A DNA stretch of 63,011 nucleotides, the filler included, from Choristocarpus tenellus KU-1152 (lineage: Eukaryota; Protista; Phaeophyceae): NCBI GenBank assembly GCA_964200185.2. It is 12 parts of 12 records of this genome, joined end to end, with 100 filler letters (N's around TTAATTAATTAA, not from the genome) between each part and the next. Parts side by side here need not be neighbours in the genome. Positions count along the whole stretch, not along the records: positions 1 to 2,752 come from CAXNAD020025045.1; positions 2,853 to 9,300 come from CAXNAD020008124.1; positions 9,401 to 14,730 come from CAXNAD020011128.1; 9 more parts are not named here. One strand, written 5' to 3'. Each line of letters begins with the position of its first letter. The stretch's first letter is position 1. Below, one piece after another: positions 1-13,268 of the stretch. The notes beneath the pieces are model-generated. The model did not search any database, was not told the DNA's origin, and saw only the letters and a list, made by a program, of their open reading frames with translations. A program made the translations under genes and the position numbers.

Positions 1-81
1 AAACAACAAAAAAAAATAGAAAAACAAAAAAAGGGTGAAAAACGGACGCCGACACCCCCCCCCCCCCAGATACTTTGACCC
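1..81 (-). mobile_element. MITE family C end
   Basis: GGGTGAAAAACGGACGCC...(C)nAGATACTTTGACCC. Confidence 0.8.
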
Positions 82-113
82 ACCTTCAGGTGCACCAGAT
101 CGGACCCACAGGT

Positions 114-280
114 GAGTGAAAGTATCTTAGAGGGTATGAGATTTGCCCTGTTTGTCCATTTGGGGCCTGGCTTCCCCTCGGGGTTTTTATTACATTTTCC
201 TACTCCAAAATATTTGGGAGCAGGTAAAATGTGTACGTCATGAAAAGGTGTGTTCGGAACAAGGATATTGACACTCCTTA
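114..280 (+). mobile_element. MITE family B, truncated
   Basis: Left TIR and internal sequence match 829-1087 up to AACAAGGATATTGACACT. Confidence 0.8.
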
Positions 281-828
281 CCTCCACGAGACCCTGCTGT
301 CACTCCGTTGTTTAACCTTTTCAACTGTCCTTTCTGCCTCAATCTACCCCCCTTCTCACACATTGGGTGGTGCTGCTCGCAGGCAACTCTCTTGCGAAGT
401 CCTCCCACTGATGGGAGGGTAATAACAAAAATCACGTACATTGTTCGACAAGCCTACTGCTCAGAGAACGATCTGCACCCTTGAGGGAAGCAGAAAGCTA
501 TTGCTTCCCTTCCTAGGCGGTCCTCAATTTTGCCAAAGTAGAACTTGATGTAGGTATATCATCAAAGGCGGGAGGAATCTCCTTGGGGTGTAAGAAGGTT
601 CCTATACGAAAAAAGAAAAAAGGTGCCTTCTTGAGGTTGTGTTGTAGGGAGAGGTACCAGTGAAACCTCACGGTATCCGCTTGTTCCTCATCAGTACTGT
701 GTCCTTCATCTACCTCCACACACAATACTCACTTGCAGTATGTTGTTTGGGTATCCAATTACACCCATGTTCTTTCACTTCCTGACACGACAAAAATACT
801 TTAAACTCGGACTTGTGAGTAGCATATT

Positions 829-1087
829 GAGTGGAAGTATCTTAGGGGGTACGAGCTTTGCCATGTTTGTCCATTTGGGGCTCGGCTTCCCGTGTTTTTT
901 TTTCTGATATTTTCCCACTCCGAAATTTTTCGAAGTAGGTCAAATGTATACGTTATGAAAAGGTGTGTCAGGAACAAGGATATTGACACTTCCTGACCAA
1001 CACAGTAGCCAAAATTACATCAAAATCGCAATATTGGATTTTTTCCCCCAATTGGACGTGGCCCTACCCTCTAAGATACTTTGGCTC
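829..1087 (+). mobile_element. MITE family B, complete copy
   Basis: TIR GAGTGGAAGTATCTTAGGGGGTA...TACCCTCTAAGATACTTTGGCTC; exact 4-bp TSD TATT. Confidence 0.9.
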
Positions 1088-1609
1088 TATTTGTACTCAA
1101 AAAGTTGTCAATAGCCTTGGGGTGCAAGGAGAAGAGGGCGGGGGGTAGTTGTTCTTGTGGTCCACCAAAGGACCATGGAAACGTGCAATGGAGAAATTCT
1201 AGGCCTTAACAACATCCCTGCGGCATGGTGGAAGGCCAAGATCTGGCACAAGGCTGATGATGTTTGCCAATATTCCTCTTCAATCCTGAAGATGCATGAA
1301 GCTTAGAAACGGGTGTTGATTTGTGGTCAACCTCTACTCGATTGTAAACTGTCCTCCCCCATGATTCCTCCCGCACCTCTCCTGGCAGACAATGCTTGCC
1401 AATGATTGCGTACCATAATTAGTATGCAAAAGACAAGATCCTCTCCATGGGAAGAAGGTCATCCCCCTATGGTGAGGGAAGTCCTTCGTTAAATGAAGCT
1501 CTGCACAGGGAGTCTTGCAGCTGTGGTCGACATGATTGCTGTATTGCCTCGGATTAATTAGTTTCTGTGGGTAGTTGTTGAGCTATCACTTTGACGAAAA
1601 AAACATTTA

Positions 1610-1852
1610 AGGAGGTGGGAGTTTTGCCCTGTTTCTCCGTTTGGGGCTTGGCCGCTCAAGGGTGTTTATGACCTTTTTCGGTTTTCTGTGTGGATACAGT
1701 TACCTAAAATGTATTCGGCTATGAAAAGGTGTGTCTGAAGCAAGGATATTGACACTTACTAACAAACATGATAGCCAAAATTCATCAAAATCGCAACATT
1801 GGATTTGTGAGCCTGAACGGATGCGGGCCTACCCTCTTAAATGCTTTGACTC
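1610..1852 (+). mobile_element. MITE family B, degenerate
   Basis: Internal motifs ATGAAAAGGTGTGTC, CAAGGATATTGACAC and CATCAAAATCGCAA, plus the right TIR. Confidence 0.75.
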
Positions 1853-2368
1853 TTATCTCGCTGTTTCGCTGTGGGTGAGTAGTGTAATGATTGAGGTGAG
1901 TCACTCATTGGTCGGAAGTTGTACATGGCAAGGTGTTGTACTTTTAATATGTATTTTTGTAAGAGTGCATGCATGGTGCCAGTGGCGTTGAGTAGAGGAA
2001 AAGCTGAAGTGGACCTCTGGTGGAGGAGTGGTGTAGGATAGTAAAAGCGAACATGGGCAATCAAGCAGTATAGGAGGAGGTGTAGACCATGAGAACAATA
2101 GGGAGGTCAATTACTTGAGGGATACTCCACTTTTGAGGGCCATTGGTACAAGTGTACTCAGATCAGGAGCATAGATATAGGTTAATCAACTCACTCTCGC
2201 TATGAGCAACAACACCCAGTTCTATTAGCTGAATAATATGTTCATAGAAACATTCTAAGAAATCATAGAGATAGCTATTGTTGTACCTAAACTAATTGCA
2301 TCATCTCCTTGTTTACCTTCTGTACATCGTTTGTCCATTGAAAACTGTTTTTTGGTAAAAAAAAAAGT

Positions 2369-2543
2369 GTCTCAAAGTATCTGGGGGGGGTGGCGGCTGT
2401 CCAATTGGGGTGAATTTATTCATGTCGCGATTTGGGTGATTTGGTTGCATATATCGGATGGATAATGCAAGTACTATTTTCCTGGTTTTGGTCCAAATGG
2501 ACACCCTGGTGTAGACCGCCCCCCCCCTCAGATACTTTGAGTC
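2369..2543 (+). mobile_element. MITE family A
   Basis: TIR CTCAAAGTATCTG(G)n...(C)nAGATACTTTGAG; core TGATTTGGTTGCAT...GGATGGATAATG...CCAAATGGACACCCTGGT. Confidence 0.88.
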
Positions 2544-2669
2544 TCAGTTGAAGGAGTTTGGTATGGAGCCCATCTGAGACCATGAGCGCAGTTCACAACC
2601 AAAACCACTCCAGCTCCAGCTTCGCCTCCTCTGGCTAGAGTATGTTGGTTAAGGCACTTAACGTGTTAA

Positions 2670-2752
2670 GGGTCAAAGTATCTGGGGGAGGCGTGTCGGC
2701 GTCCGTTTTTCACCCTTTTTTCGATTTTCGCTTTTTTGGTGTGATCTGGTCG
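2670..2752 (+). mobile_element. MITE family C, truncated by contig end
   Basis: GGGTCAAAGTATCTGGGGG...GGCGTCCGTTTTTCACCC. Confidence 0.8.
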
Positions 2753-2852
2753 NNNNNNNNNNNNNNNNNNNNNNNNNNNNNNNNNNNNNNNNNNNNTTAA
2801 TTAATTAANNNNNNNNNNNNNNNNNNNNNNNNNNNNNNNNNNNNNNNNNNNN
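2753..2852. other. Artificial contig spacer N44-TTAATTAATTAA-N44 (11 occurrences in the window)
   Basis: Identical 100-bp structure with a six-frame stop linker at every gap. Confidence 0.98.
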
Positions 2853-3539
2853 GTGGGTAGGGAGAGAAAAGTGGCCTTTCGTTTGTTTTTGTTAAAAGGG
2901 GCCCTCTGGGGGCCTCCCCCCCCCCCCCCCAGATACTTTGGGTCTTGTCCTCATGTTGACTGGCCACGAGTACGTGACAGATGAGTCATACTGCACACCT
3001 CAATTGCTGCAGCTGGTGTTCTTGTGGCACTGGGTAGGAGTTCTCGAACCAACTGAGCATTTTTGAAAGAGAGGAGTCGCCCCCGCAAAGAAGGAGAGAA
3101 AGACCTTGGAAAAGCATGGATACATCGTGATCTACTGTAGACAGAAAAATTACAACAAGAGAGGGGTTGAACCCTGAGATCCTACTGAGAACTATTGCCA
3201 CAATCCCTACATGCCATTTTTCCGAATTTTTGACTCAAGATTAACTATATCTATCCGCCATAGCTCAAGCGTCAAAGTGCTGACAACAATCCATTGCCAC
3301 ATCGATGTGAACACTAGTGCTGAAGAATTCCAGAGTGCAGCTAAATGTTGCAGAATATAATAGTGGTGCAGCACACTCAATTCTACGTCCTTGAAGAACT
3401 CTTCTGAGCATTAAACGAGGTTCGACATTGACATTCTTACACATACATGATCTCTCTCATTAGGCTCCAGCAACCCAACAACAGACGGTGATGTTTATCC
3501 CTCAACTGTCACAGACATCATTCTGACTCCCCCCTCCAG

Positions 3540-4099
3540 ATAGCGTTTGCTGATGTGAAGGATGACATCAAGAAGATCTATTCAGCCCGTAAGAAGAAGA
3601 GGAATCGTGTTGCGGCAACTGCAAGATCCTTGATAGAAGGAATACAGGTAAAAAAAAGGAACACACAGAAGACAAATGAAAGAGATATCAAAAGGTAGCT
3701 GGGAGAGTCTTGCGTCTAGAATTATGATGTCACAGAGCATTTGTATAGGGGTGTGTGTATAAGCGCAGCAATGCTGCTCTCAGGGAGTGGATAAATCTAT
3801 ATCCTAAGGAGAGGTTGCACTAGTCAAGCAAAAAGTCATTTTAATGTGGATGTGATCCACTGTTTTGTGCTGATGTTTTTGCTTGTAAGCCATGACATAC
3901 CTTGCTTACACACAAAAGGAATGCTCTCTTCACTCTTTGGCTCTGTACCTTAGCATTGCCTCATTCCTCCTGCTATTTTGTGGTTGTTGCAGAGGGAGGA
4001 AGAGGCACCAGAGCCTGTGTTGCTTACAATGACTGTCTTCTTGAAGAAAGTACCAAGTTCTACCATAACCTGTGTTTACCCATTTACTCTGGCATGCAG
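3540..4099 (+). CDS. Possible exons of an unknown gene (3540-3647 and about 3993-4099)
   Basis: AG/GT-bounded open segments IAFADVKDDIKKIYSARKKKRNRVAATARSLIEGIQ and REEEAPEPVLLTMTVFLKKVP; no recognisable homology. Confidence 0.3.
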
Positions 4100-6632
4100 G
4101 TGGGGCTTAGGAGAATCAAGATACCATAACCGAGAGATGATGCATAATTTGCTTCAATATGCTGAAGATCAATGGCATTTCTCTCTTGCATTACTCTTCT
4201 TTAGCTGACACTGTTTCGTCAACAATATATTCTTACCCTCACAAAAAATGTCAGGAAGAAGAAGTCTCTAGCTACAACAGTCTGAACTAACTAGTAGTGT
4301 ACTGTAGCACACATTTAGGAGATGCTATGTTTCTGTGTGGCAATGGAGTTCGGATATAAACAGTAGGGTTGGGGTGCTCCCTGCACTCCTTCAAAGGTCT
4401 GCACTCTGAAATCATTGTTGCATATTTCCTCAACATTAAATGCAAGGTGGCAAGCAATTCAGAAAGACCTTTACATAGATGGTTTCCATAGTGCCCTATT
4501 TTATTGTTGTTCCACGTGTTCTGTGAAGGCAGGAGAGCTCGAATCCAGTTATATAAAATAGCACCTTTGCTTCTGGGGCTGCAACTGCAATTTATATCTC
4601 ATTAGTCTTCCCACACAAGATATATACACTCTTTTGTGAGGAGCTTAACAGTCACCCTCCACCATTTCATAACCTGCCTCTTACCTACCTACCCTTACCA
4701 TGGTATAAATCTACACAGAAGTCAATCATCCGTCTATGTCGAACCTTTACTTCAATGCTCTAGTGTTTTGAGAGACATAATTCTATTCACACAAAAGGAA
4801 ACTTGAGATGGACTCTGTCGTGTGGGTGTTTAGGAGTACTGAACCGATTGAGACCAGTGGTTGGTCTTAAGTGCGGCCTATTATGACGTCAAGACCCATA
4901 TGTTTCGTACCATTGACCGGAGTTTCTGAGTCGAGAAGGCTTACTAATGTTGGAAAGTTTGCCTAGTTCTCCTAACGGGTTGTAATGCTTACACTAACGT
5001 CCGAGACCGAAGAACTCTTCAAAGATTCAATAGGAAAGTCTGAGGCACAATGTCCCAGCACAATACTTGTAAATAGAACTTGTACATAGATACATGCCCT
5101 CCTCCTTGGTAATCGCTCACATATACGTGCATAGTTCGAATAATGTAGTAGTGGACTACTTCTCAGACGAGGATTTTCTATCTCTTACAATATAAACTAT
5201 ATTTTTCCAGAGTTAGATCTGGGCAGAAGACAAATAAAAATGCCAAGTCAACAGCGCTAAGTGCGGCGAGAGGATGAAGGTCGACCCATTTTTTACGCTG
5301 TTCCGATCGTGTCCCCAGCAGTGTCGAGGTGTCGCAAAAAAATGTTGAGTGCCAAGTGTTTGATGTACTTGCAAATTTTCAAGTACGCCGTACTTTTATT
5401 GTTACGGTAGTGTCTTGGAGCAGAGGAACTACCAAGTGGTGCAGGAGGAGAATCATTAATAGTTTCCCATCGAAATTGTATGCACTCAACACGTACATAG
5501 ACGCGCATTCATGCAGTTCAGTTGCAACATCGTGCGTAGGACGTCTCCTACTGTTGTAGTTATATTCCATTATATACCTCAAATTGATTCTTGTCCCAAG
5601 GAACGCCGCACTGCCACACCTGTGCTGTAATTCGGGGACAAGAGGGATGCCTGCCTTAACACCTACGAGCACACATTATTCTTTCTATCCCTGTGGTGAC
5701 TTTAGTGAGGCAGGGAATATATTATTTGATTAATCTGCTTACCCAGTATCAGATACATATGAGGTGCATTCCTGTTCTTTTCATTAAGGGTACTACTAGA
5801 CCTCCATCAATCTATAATATCAAGTGTCCCCTCTAGGTTCAGTGATAATGTCAAGGCTACTTTGAATTTTTCTTATCATAATGCCTCCAGGTTGATCATG
5901 TCCTGTGGTGAAGTATAGCGTTCTATTCTAGTACGCCTCCTACCATTTAGTAGCATGCGATCTTAATGACACAGCAAAGCAGAGCACATTTTTTCCTGGT
6001 TTTTGATCACCTACTCTTTGCAAACATATGTGCACAATCCAGTTGGATAGCAATTCTCTCAAGAGATGCAGTACCTTGCCGAGGCTGACCAAGGACCAAG
6101 GGTTCACTCATGCTGTACAACTGCATATACGCGAAAGACCCTCTGCGTAGAAAATGCACACTAGACATTGTAACATTCCACGCTGTGTTATGCTCATAAC
6201 AACCGAGAAAAAAATCCAAATGTACTCAACAGACGTTACGTCTCACAGCAATCTTTTCAAAAAAATATACATGTTATGTCCTGTAACACTCTGGTATCTA
6301 GTCACAGTACCCCAGAACAAGACATATAGTGGAGTATATAGCATGAGTATGTTACATTCTAGTTCACATCACATGTAACGTGAGCTAAATCCCCGAATTC
6401 TCCATTCAAGATAAAAGCTTTCTGGATTTCTCCAACAGTATATCCACGAGAACAATGTTTATTGTTTTGTAAACCACATGGCAACAGTGTCCACTGCAGA
6501 ATTTGGTAGGGCCCAGCATTTAGGGGGTTGTTTAGAACCACCCATTACAAGGCAATTTACGTTCGACTTGTAACTTCCCTATATGGTATGATCCACAAGA
6601 AGTTGACGTCATTAGGTTGCTTTGAGGGATGT

Positions 6633-6808
6633 GGTTCAAAGTATCTGGGGGGAGGGGGGGTCTAACCAGGGTGCCCATTCGGGCCCTAACCAGGAGAAGT
6701 TAACTTACATTATGCATCCGATGCATGCAACCAAATCATCCAAAAATCGCGACAAGGTAATGTGGGCCCCGAATGGACAGTCACCCCCCCTCTCAGATAC
6801 TTTGAGCC
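6633..6808 (-). mobile_element. MITE family A, inverted
   Basis: Reverse complement of the family A core with both TIRs. Confidence 0.88.
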
Positions 6809-7099
6809 TGAGGGGTTGCAGCAGACACCACTACTGTCTCACACAAGAGGAAGACAAATATCAAGGCATTCACACAGACAGCAACATAATCAACAATACA
6901 CGAATAAAGGAGAAGACCAGAAAGGTCAAAGAGGGTCATAAGAAAAAGTATATGTGTATTTATGCATGTAGATTCTAGCTCCAAGTAAATTCCAAAACGT
7001 CAAACACATCCTTTAGACGTCTCCACCCTACCCCCTCCTGCCCCAACTCATATCTTGTTCATCGACCAGTGTCCTCTTATTCCCTGTTAGAAACGTTTT

Positions 7100-7360
7100 G
7101 AGTGAAAGTATCTTAGAGGGTAAGAGTTTTGCCCTGTTTGTCTATTTGGGGCTTGACTTATCTCGGGTTTTTTATGACATTCTCCCTCTCCAAAATAAAT
7201 ATTTCGGAGCAGGTATAATGTATACGTTATGAAAAGCTATGTCCGGAACAAGGATATTGACACTTTCTAACAAACACGATAGCCAAATTTACATCAAAAT
7301 CGCAACATGGGATTTTGGCCCCAAATGGTCGCGGCTGTACCCTCTAAGGTACTTTGGCAC
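7100..7360 (+). mobile_element. MITE family B, complete copy
   Basis: Both TIRs present; flanks TTTT/TTTC. Confidence 0.88.
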
Positions 7361-8397
7361 TTTCATCCCTTCCGATATCCTTTGTCCCACCAATAGTCAC
7401 TGCCACAAATTACGCATTAATTGTTTACAACAATAGGAAGCAAAAAATGTTACAGCAGCCTTCAGACCGAACAAGAATTTAGCAAAACAAAATTCTAAGA
7501 CCAAAATATATTTTTGAAAATAATATCGACCAAAAAATGTTTTTGAACATAATATCGCCGAAAACCTACCCAAAGACACAAATTTTGTGGCACTGATCAA
7601 TGTATTTATTCTTCTCAATAGCCCTTCGAACATGTAGCTTCACGCTTGCCCCCTAGTGTTCCCTGCCCTCTCCTCGCAGTCATTGTTAGATAGCTCCTCT
7701 CCTGGTATGACCAGCATTCGAATCTAGATATCACCAGCAATGCGATTGTCACCGGTATGGGCTACACAAGGATAGGATGGTGGGAGGCTGCTGCGGTGCG
7801 AGAGGTGCTTTGGGTTAGTGTCACAAGGAGACTGACCCAGACAAGCCAACAAGACCACAAGCTTCTGAGGCAGGGAGATAATTCCTTGGAGAGGGAAATC
7901 ATTCTACAGGGGGGTACTTGGGTGGTGAATTAATCTTATGCAATATATAGGGCTCCCATGGCGATGGCATCGGGTGAGGGTCTCAGAAACTGAGAGAATC
8001 AACACAGAGGGGAAAACTGTGATATTCCTATTACTTGTGAAGGTGAATATCAATAAACTATTGTGCCCAAAAAAACGCATCAGGTGGAGGTGATTAAGGC
8101 AGAGACATACACCAAGGCAAATCGATCATCAGAAATGAACAGAATTGCCTTATGATGCCCCCAAAAGGCAGCGTTGTACGTGATGCAACAGTTACCTGAA
8201 ATAAGCGAGAGGAATAACCTCAGAAAGTGAGAGCGACAATGACTCAGTGGTTTTTAGTGGTCACTTAGGGTATTGCGATACAAGATGAAGTTTACGAATG
8301 GGTAGCTTGCACCTAAACTATAATCAATGTATCAGGCCAGAAGTAAGATACGGTATCAATCGAAATACTTCAACAAAAAACTGAAACGACCGAACCC

Positions 8398-9300
8398 CTA
8401 TTCCAATTGGTGGGCGGACTCGAAATTGCATTCGTCACCCTTCACCCAACACTCTGTGAGCTTAGGGTATGCCTCGACAAGAAGGTGCCATAGATTTAGG
8501 CGTGTAGAGTACCTGCTGCTCCAAGGTTTGGGCTTCATGAGGCTCGAGAAGATAGTCTTCCTCGCATGGAGTGCTTCCACATTCGGGACGCAACGTGTTG
8601 CCTGGCTTCCCTCCACGATCGCCGAGTATAACCTGTGTGGGCTCGAGGACGTAGCATTCATCCCCAAAAACAAGAGAAACGGCCCCTTTACCGGCCTTGA
8701 TGAGCCTGAACCCATGGTCGTGTATGACTTGGGTGAGGATTTGAGTCTGCACTCGATACTGCCAAGAGCAGGTTTCGTTGCCGATCGTAGGAGCTCGGTA
8801 ATGCACGCCTCCATGAAGGCTTCGGTGATCCCCATATCGGATGCATCGCCAGAGTCGGCCGTATCCTGTGTGACACAATCGTCATCACCATGCGATGACT
8901 GTTTGTCATCATCGTCGTACCTCAAGGTAGATGAAGACGGATTTACCGCGTATCTGCCCTTTTTGGCAGAAGCGAAGATGTCTGCCAGGTTTCAAAGCGC
9001 TGCCATCAGGACCACGAGGCTGTTTGAAGGGTCTCATCCGTCCAGCACCTTCTCTCACCTCTTCCTCCTAATTATCGTCCTTTTCCCCTTTCCTTTACCC
9101 TTCTCAGAAGGCTTGTCCCTCGGTGTTGGGGTAGGATCAGCATGGACGTGGTTCTCACTTCGCCTCACAGTATGGTCGTGGGTGTTCCCTGGCACTTGGG
9201 ACTCGTCGCCACCGCTGCCCACCTAATGGGCTTTTGGGGATATTCCAAGGTCACTCCCGACAGGTATGGGCTCTGAGTCCGTGCCTAGCCGCCTTCCCAC
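8398..9300 (-). pseudogene. Intronless decayed ORF of about 300 codons, unknown product (TE- or virus-like)
   Basis: One frame from the contig end to 8398, interrupted by only four stops (TAG, TGA x3) and no frameshift; locally higher GC; basic and acidic tracts. Confidence 0.45.
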
Positions 9301-12300
9301 NNNNNNNNNNNNNNNNNNNNNNNNNNNNNNNNNNNNNNNNNNNNTTAATTAATTAANNNNNNNNNNNNNNNNNNNNNNNNNNNNNNNNNNNNNNNNNNNN
9401 GGCCTTGTTGTTACCCGTCCCCCCCCCCCCCCTCCATTCTTCCCCTCCCTATGCACACACACCCTGTCCGATTTGTTGTGAGTGTATAACCCTAACCCTA
9501 AGCCCCCATTGTTGGTGTTGGACATTTTAAGGTGCATCTTGGTCTCGACAGACAGATAGACATCTGCTGTATGACTTGGGTTTAAGTGTTGTGTTATTTG
9601 GATGCATAATATTACTATTTTTATTTTTGTTAACTTTTTTATTATTGTATGTAAATTTTATTATTAGTTCTGTTATTATCAATTTTTTTTAACTTAAAAA
9701 AAATCATATTTAGTGGTGAAATGCACGCGCCTGATCAAAACTTTAGGAAAATTTCAAATCCTCTCTGTGTCTCACACGCCTTTGAAATACCTTTGTCCAA
9801 TAAGAAGAAGGTAAAAAATATCAAAATGCCTTCAGTTGTGCACTCAATCGCCTTCAGTGCCTCACGAACGGCAGTGTTTTCAACCTGAGTGCACAACTGA
9901 CACAGTGTTTTCAACCCCTTCAAATCGCAGTCGCTATTTTGAAATGTGTGTGATACCGCCCCTATACCGTGTGAGTTAGTCTGCAGAGAACTAACTCGAC
10001 ATCAGCATCATCTGATTCAAGACTGGAACATCGATCCTTGAACTTCAACTTCAACTTCGACTTCAACATCTTCTCTCTCTCCAAGCCTATGTGTTTATCT
10101 TCAGCTTTGTGTTAATGTCCGGTTTTACCACCACTTCGGACAAGAAGAACCCACTTCCATTTACACCTTACGCATTTCGTTGTTATTATTATTATTATTG
10201 TTATTGTTATTGTGCCATCTTTGAGAGGGGATTTGTTATCTTTTTTTAACCCTTGCGATTGCCTTCCAGCAGAGGCGTTTTGAGAACAGATACCCTCCTT
10301 TTAGGAGGGCCGCTATTGGTTGGTTATGAGAACAATTATATTCAGAACTGACTCTTCTCTTCCACGGCTGTAGGTAGTCCTACCATTGGGAGGGGTTAAT
10401 GTTAACTACCTACATGATTATTACATGTCTCATTACTTTGATTTTGATGTGCGACATGCACGGTGACCACGACCACAACTTTTATTTTTATTTTATTTTA
10501 TTTATGTTTTTCTTATTTCGGATTTTGATTACTCTCTCATCTATCGCCAAAGGTTTAACAAAAAAAAAGAATCTCAAAATATCTTTAGATTATTTCACTC
10601 ACTACTACTACTGTACCCCCACCCCCAAACAATCAAACAATCAAACAAATAAATAAAAATATTTGCAGGTGCCCGGACGGACCGGGTATGTTTGCCACTT
10701 CTGGTGCAGGAAACACTTTGACAGTGTGGGATGTATGTGAGCAGCGCATTCCGCTTTCAGTCAGTGCAGTGGAGGATAAGAAGACTACAAACACTGGCAT
10801 AGCTCTTCGGTGGGCCCCTGGCAGGTGTGTGTGTGAAATATATAAATTTATATATATATATATATATATATATCAGGGCTAGGGCTAGAGCTAGGGTTAG
10901 GGTTAGGACAAGGACAAGGACAAGGGTTAAGATCCTCATGTAAATTTGGTGTTTTACCGGTGTGTCTGGGGACTGAATCGAGGTCCGAGAAGGGGGAGCG
11001 GTTCAGGGCGTGGTCCTAATCGTCGGAGCGGTTCAGAGCGTGGTCCTAAACCTGGGTGCGGTTCTGTTTTTGGTTCTGGCTCAGGAACTGAACCGCTCGT
11101 TCAGTGTCAGCATTTTGGGGATTTAGTACACAGATTTTGACTGTGAGTTGGGTGGTACAGTGTAGGACTAGGACTTAAAAAAAAAAAGAATTGGACTGTT
11201 GGTGGTGTGGTGTGGGAGTGGAATTGCTTGTACAGTTCACAATTGGGGTGTTGATTGAGTGAGTTGATTGCAGGGGCATTGTGTGACGGTCTGGTGACCA
11301 CTGACAATAGTAGTCTTGGTGTCACAAAGGAGAGGGGTTTTGCCTCAGGGGAGGTTGAGAGGTTGAGACTGGGACGGGGTTAGGGTTAGGGTTAGGGTTA
11401 ACCTCGTGGCTGGTCCTGGTGGTATACCGGTTGGTTATTGGTTGGTTTGCCTTGAGGTTTTGGGGGAGGGGGAGAGGGAGGGAGATGTGTGTGTGTGTGT
11501 GTCATTTTTATTGTTATTATTCAGTGTGCTACATTTATTTTATTTTTGGTTCTCTAATAATTGTTCGATACATGTAGTCTTGTTGTCTGAGGAGGATAGA
11601 TAGTACTACACTGTTCCATTATTGTTGTTATTATTACACTGTAGAGTTAGGACTGAAAATTGGTGAGAATAATAGACTATATACCTAGCTTTTGAAAATA
11701 GGGTTAGTAGTAGCGTTACGTGCATACATGCATACCACAATTACTTGTGTTTCCTTGAGACTATTGTTGTTATTGGTATGTTGGTTTGTTTGAATATATA
11801 TATATATACATATATTTATTGTTATGGTACTTTGATCTTATCTGTGATAGGGCGTGAAGCGGAACTCTCCAAGTGATTTTATGTTTATTTTTTGTTTTGT
11901 TTTTTGTCTTATTTTTTATTTTTGTTGGGTTACAGAGTTATTTTTGTCTTTCCTATACACTCTCTTCTCCCCCACCCCCCACCCTCTTCTAAATACAGTG
12001 CATCCGAGCCGTACCTTCTTTTTTTTTCTACTACTATTATTTTTATTATTATTGGTGTATGGTGTATGTACTTCTGATAATTATTAATGTTCGATTTTTT
12101 CAAAGGGAGAACTTGGGTTGTGCTATTGAAATCACAAACCTATCGTGAAAATAATAATCATTTAGGGACTGTTGGCCTTTGTATCCGAATTACACTGGCT
12201 TTATTTTATCAAGATATATATATATATATATACTACCCCTGTGCCGTAAGTTTGTGCCGAGTGAGAACCGTGCCAAATTGGACGGTAACCCCACAGAATG

Positions 12301-13101
12301 AAATAGGGTTGACAATCTCAGCATCCAGGAAAGGTGGGAGTTGAGGATCATCAGGTACTAACTTGAGGTGGTTCAAGCTGTTAAAGTAGGGGTCTTTTGG
12401 GGTGATTTTTGAGGCCAGAACTGGGCATGTCGAGGGTCAGAATATTGGCATGGCAACCCCCCCGGTCAACCACCTCACGTAGGAAGGGTGCCCAAGTGTC
12501 CCTGAATACCAGGGTTACACTTGCAGTGCAGCATGCCCTCATAAACTATGATGGTCCACGGTGAGTGTAAACTGGTGCAAAACAAACGTTGGGCCGGCCC
12601 TCGCAGCGGAGTTTGTAGTGTGTGAGCGTTACATGCGAGGACTGTGGGAGGACGTCATGGATCAAAGTATGATACTATGATACTATGAAGGATCAAATCG
12701 AATGTGGTCACACGCTTGCTTGACCTATTGGTGGTGGGACATAGTGGGTAGTGGTGGTGGCCTTTGGAGCTCACACTGACCAAGATGGCCCCTAACCCTA
12801 ACTATATGTAGTATCATAGTATCAACTATATGTAGTATCATAGTATCAACTATATGTAGTATCAACTCGGATAATCGGTCATAATCACACATTGCGTCAG
12901 GTGGCAATGAAGATGGTCACCAAGGGGCTGAATTATATAGCGTGAGCACCATCTAGAGGTGGTTGGATGATATAAGGACCATGCCAAATTGCCGCTGGAT
13001 CAAAGCCAAGCTTAAATCGTGTCAAAAGGTATAGAGAATTTATTATTTATTATTTAAGATTTGATTTGACTTTGTTTGGTGTCAAGTGGACCAGAAACGC
13101 G

Positions 13102-13268
13102 GTGTATACGCCTCCGTGGTGAACACGTGTATACACCTCCGTGGTGAACACGTGTATACGCCTCCGTGGTGAACACGTGTATACGCCTCCGTGGTGAACA
13201 CGTGTATACGCCTCCGTGGTGAACACGTGTGTAGGCCTCCGTGGTGAACATGTGTGTACGCCTCCGTG
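13102..13268. repeat. 25-bp minisatellite, about 6.7 copies
   Basis: Unit GTGTATACGCCTCCGTGGTGAACAC, head-to-tail with no spacers. Confidence 0.95.

Noticed and set aside
2797-2808. Recurrent palindrome TTAATTAATTAA
   Set aside because: Synthetic six-frame stop linker in the middle of every N gap.
8327-9226. Longest ORF in the track (299 aa, + strand)
   Set aside because: No recognisable domain; the composition looks like the antisense shadow of the decayed minus-strand ORF.
13102-13268. CRISPR-like repeat
   Set aside because: Units are contiguous with no unique spacers, there are no cas genes, and the context is eukaryotic.
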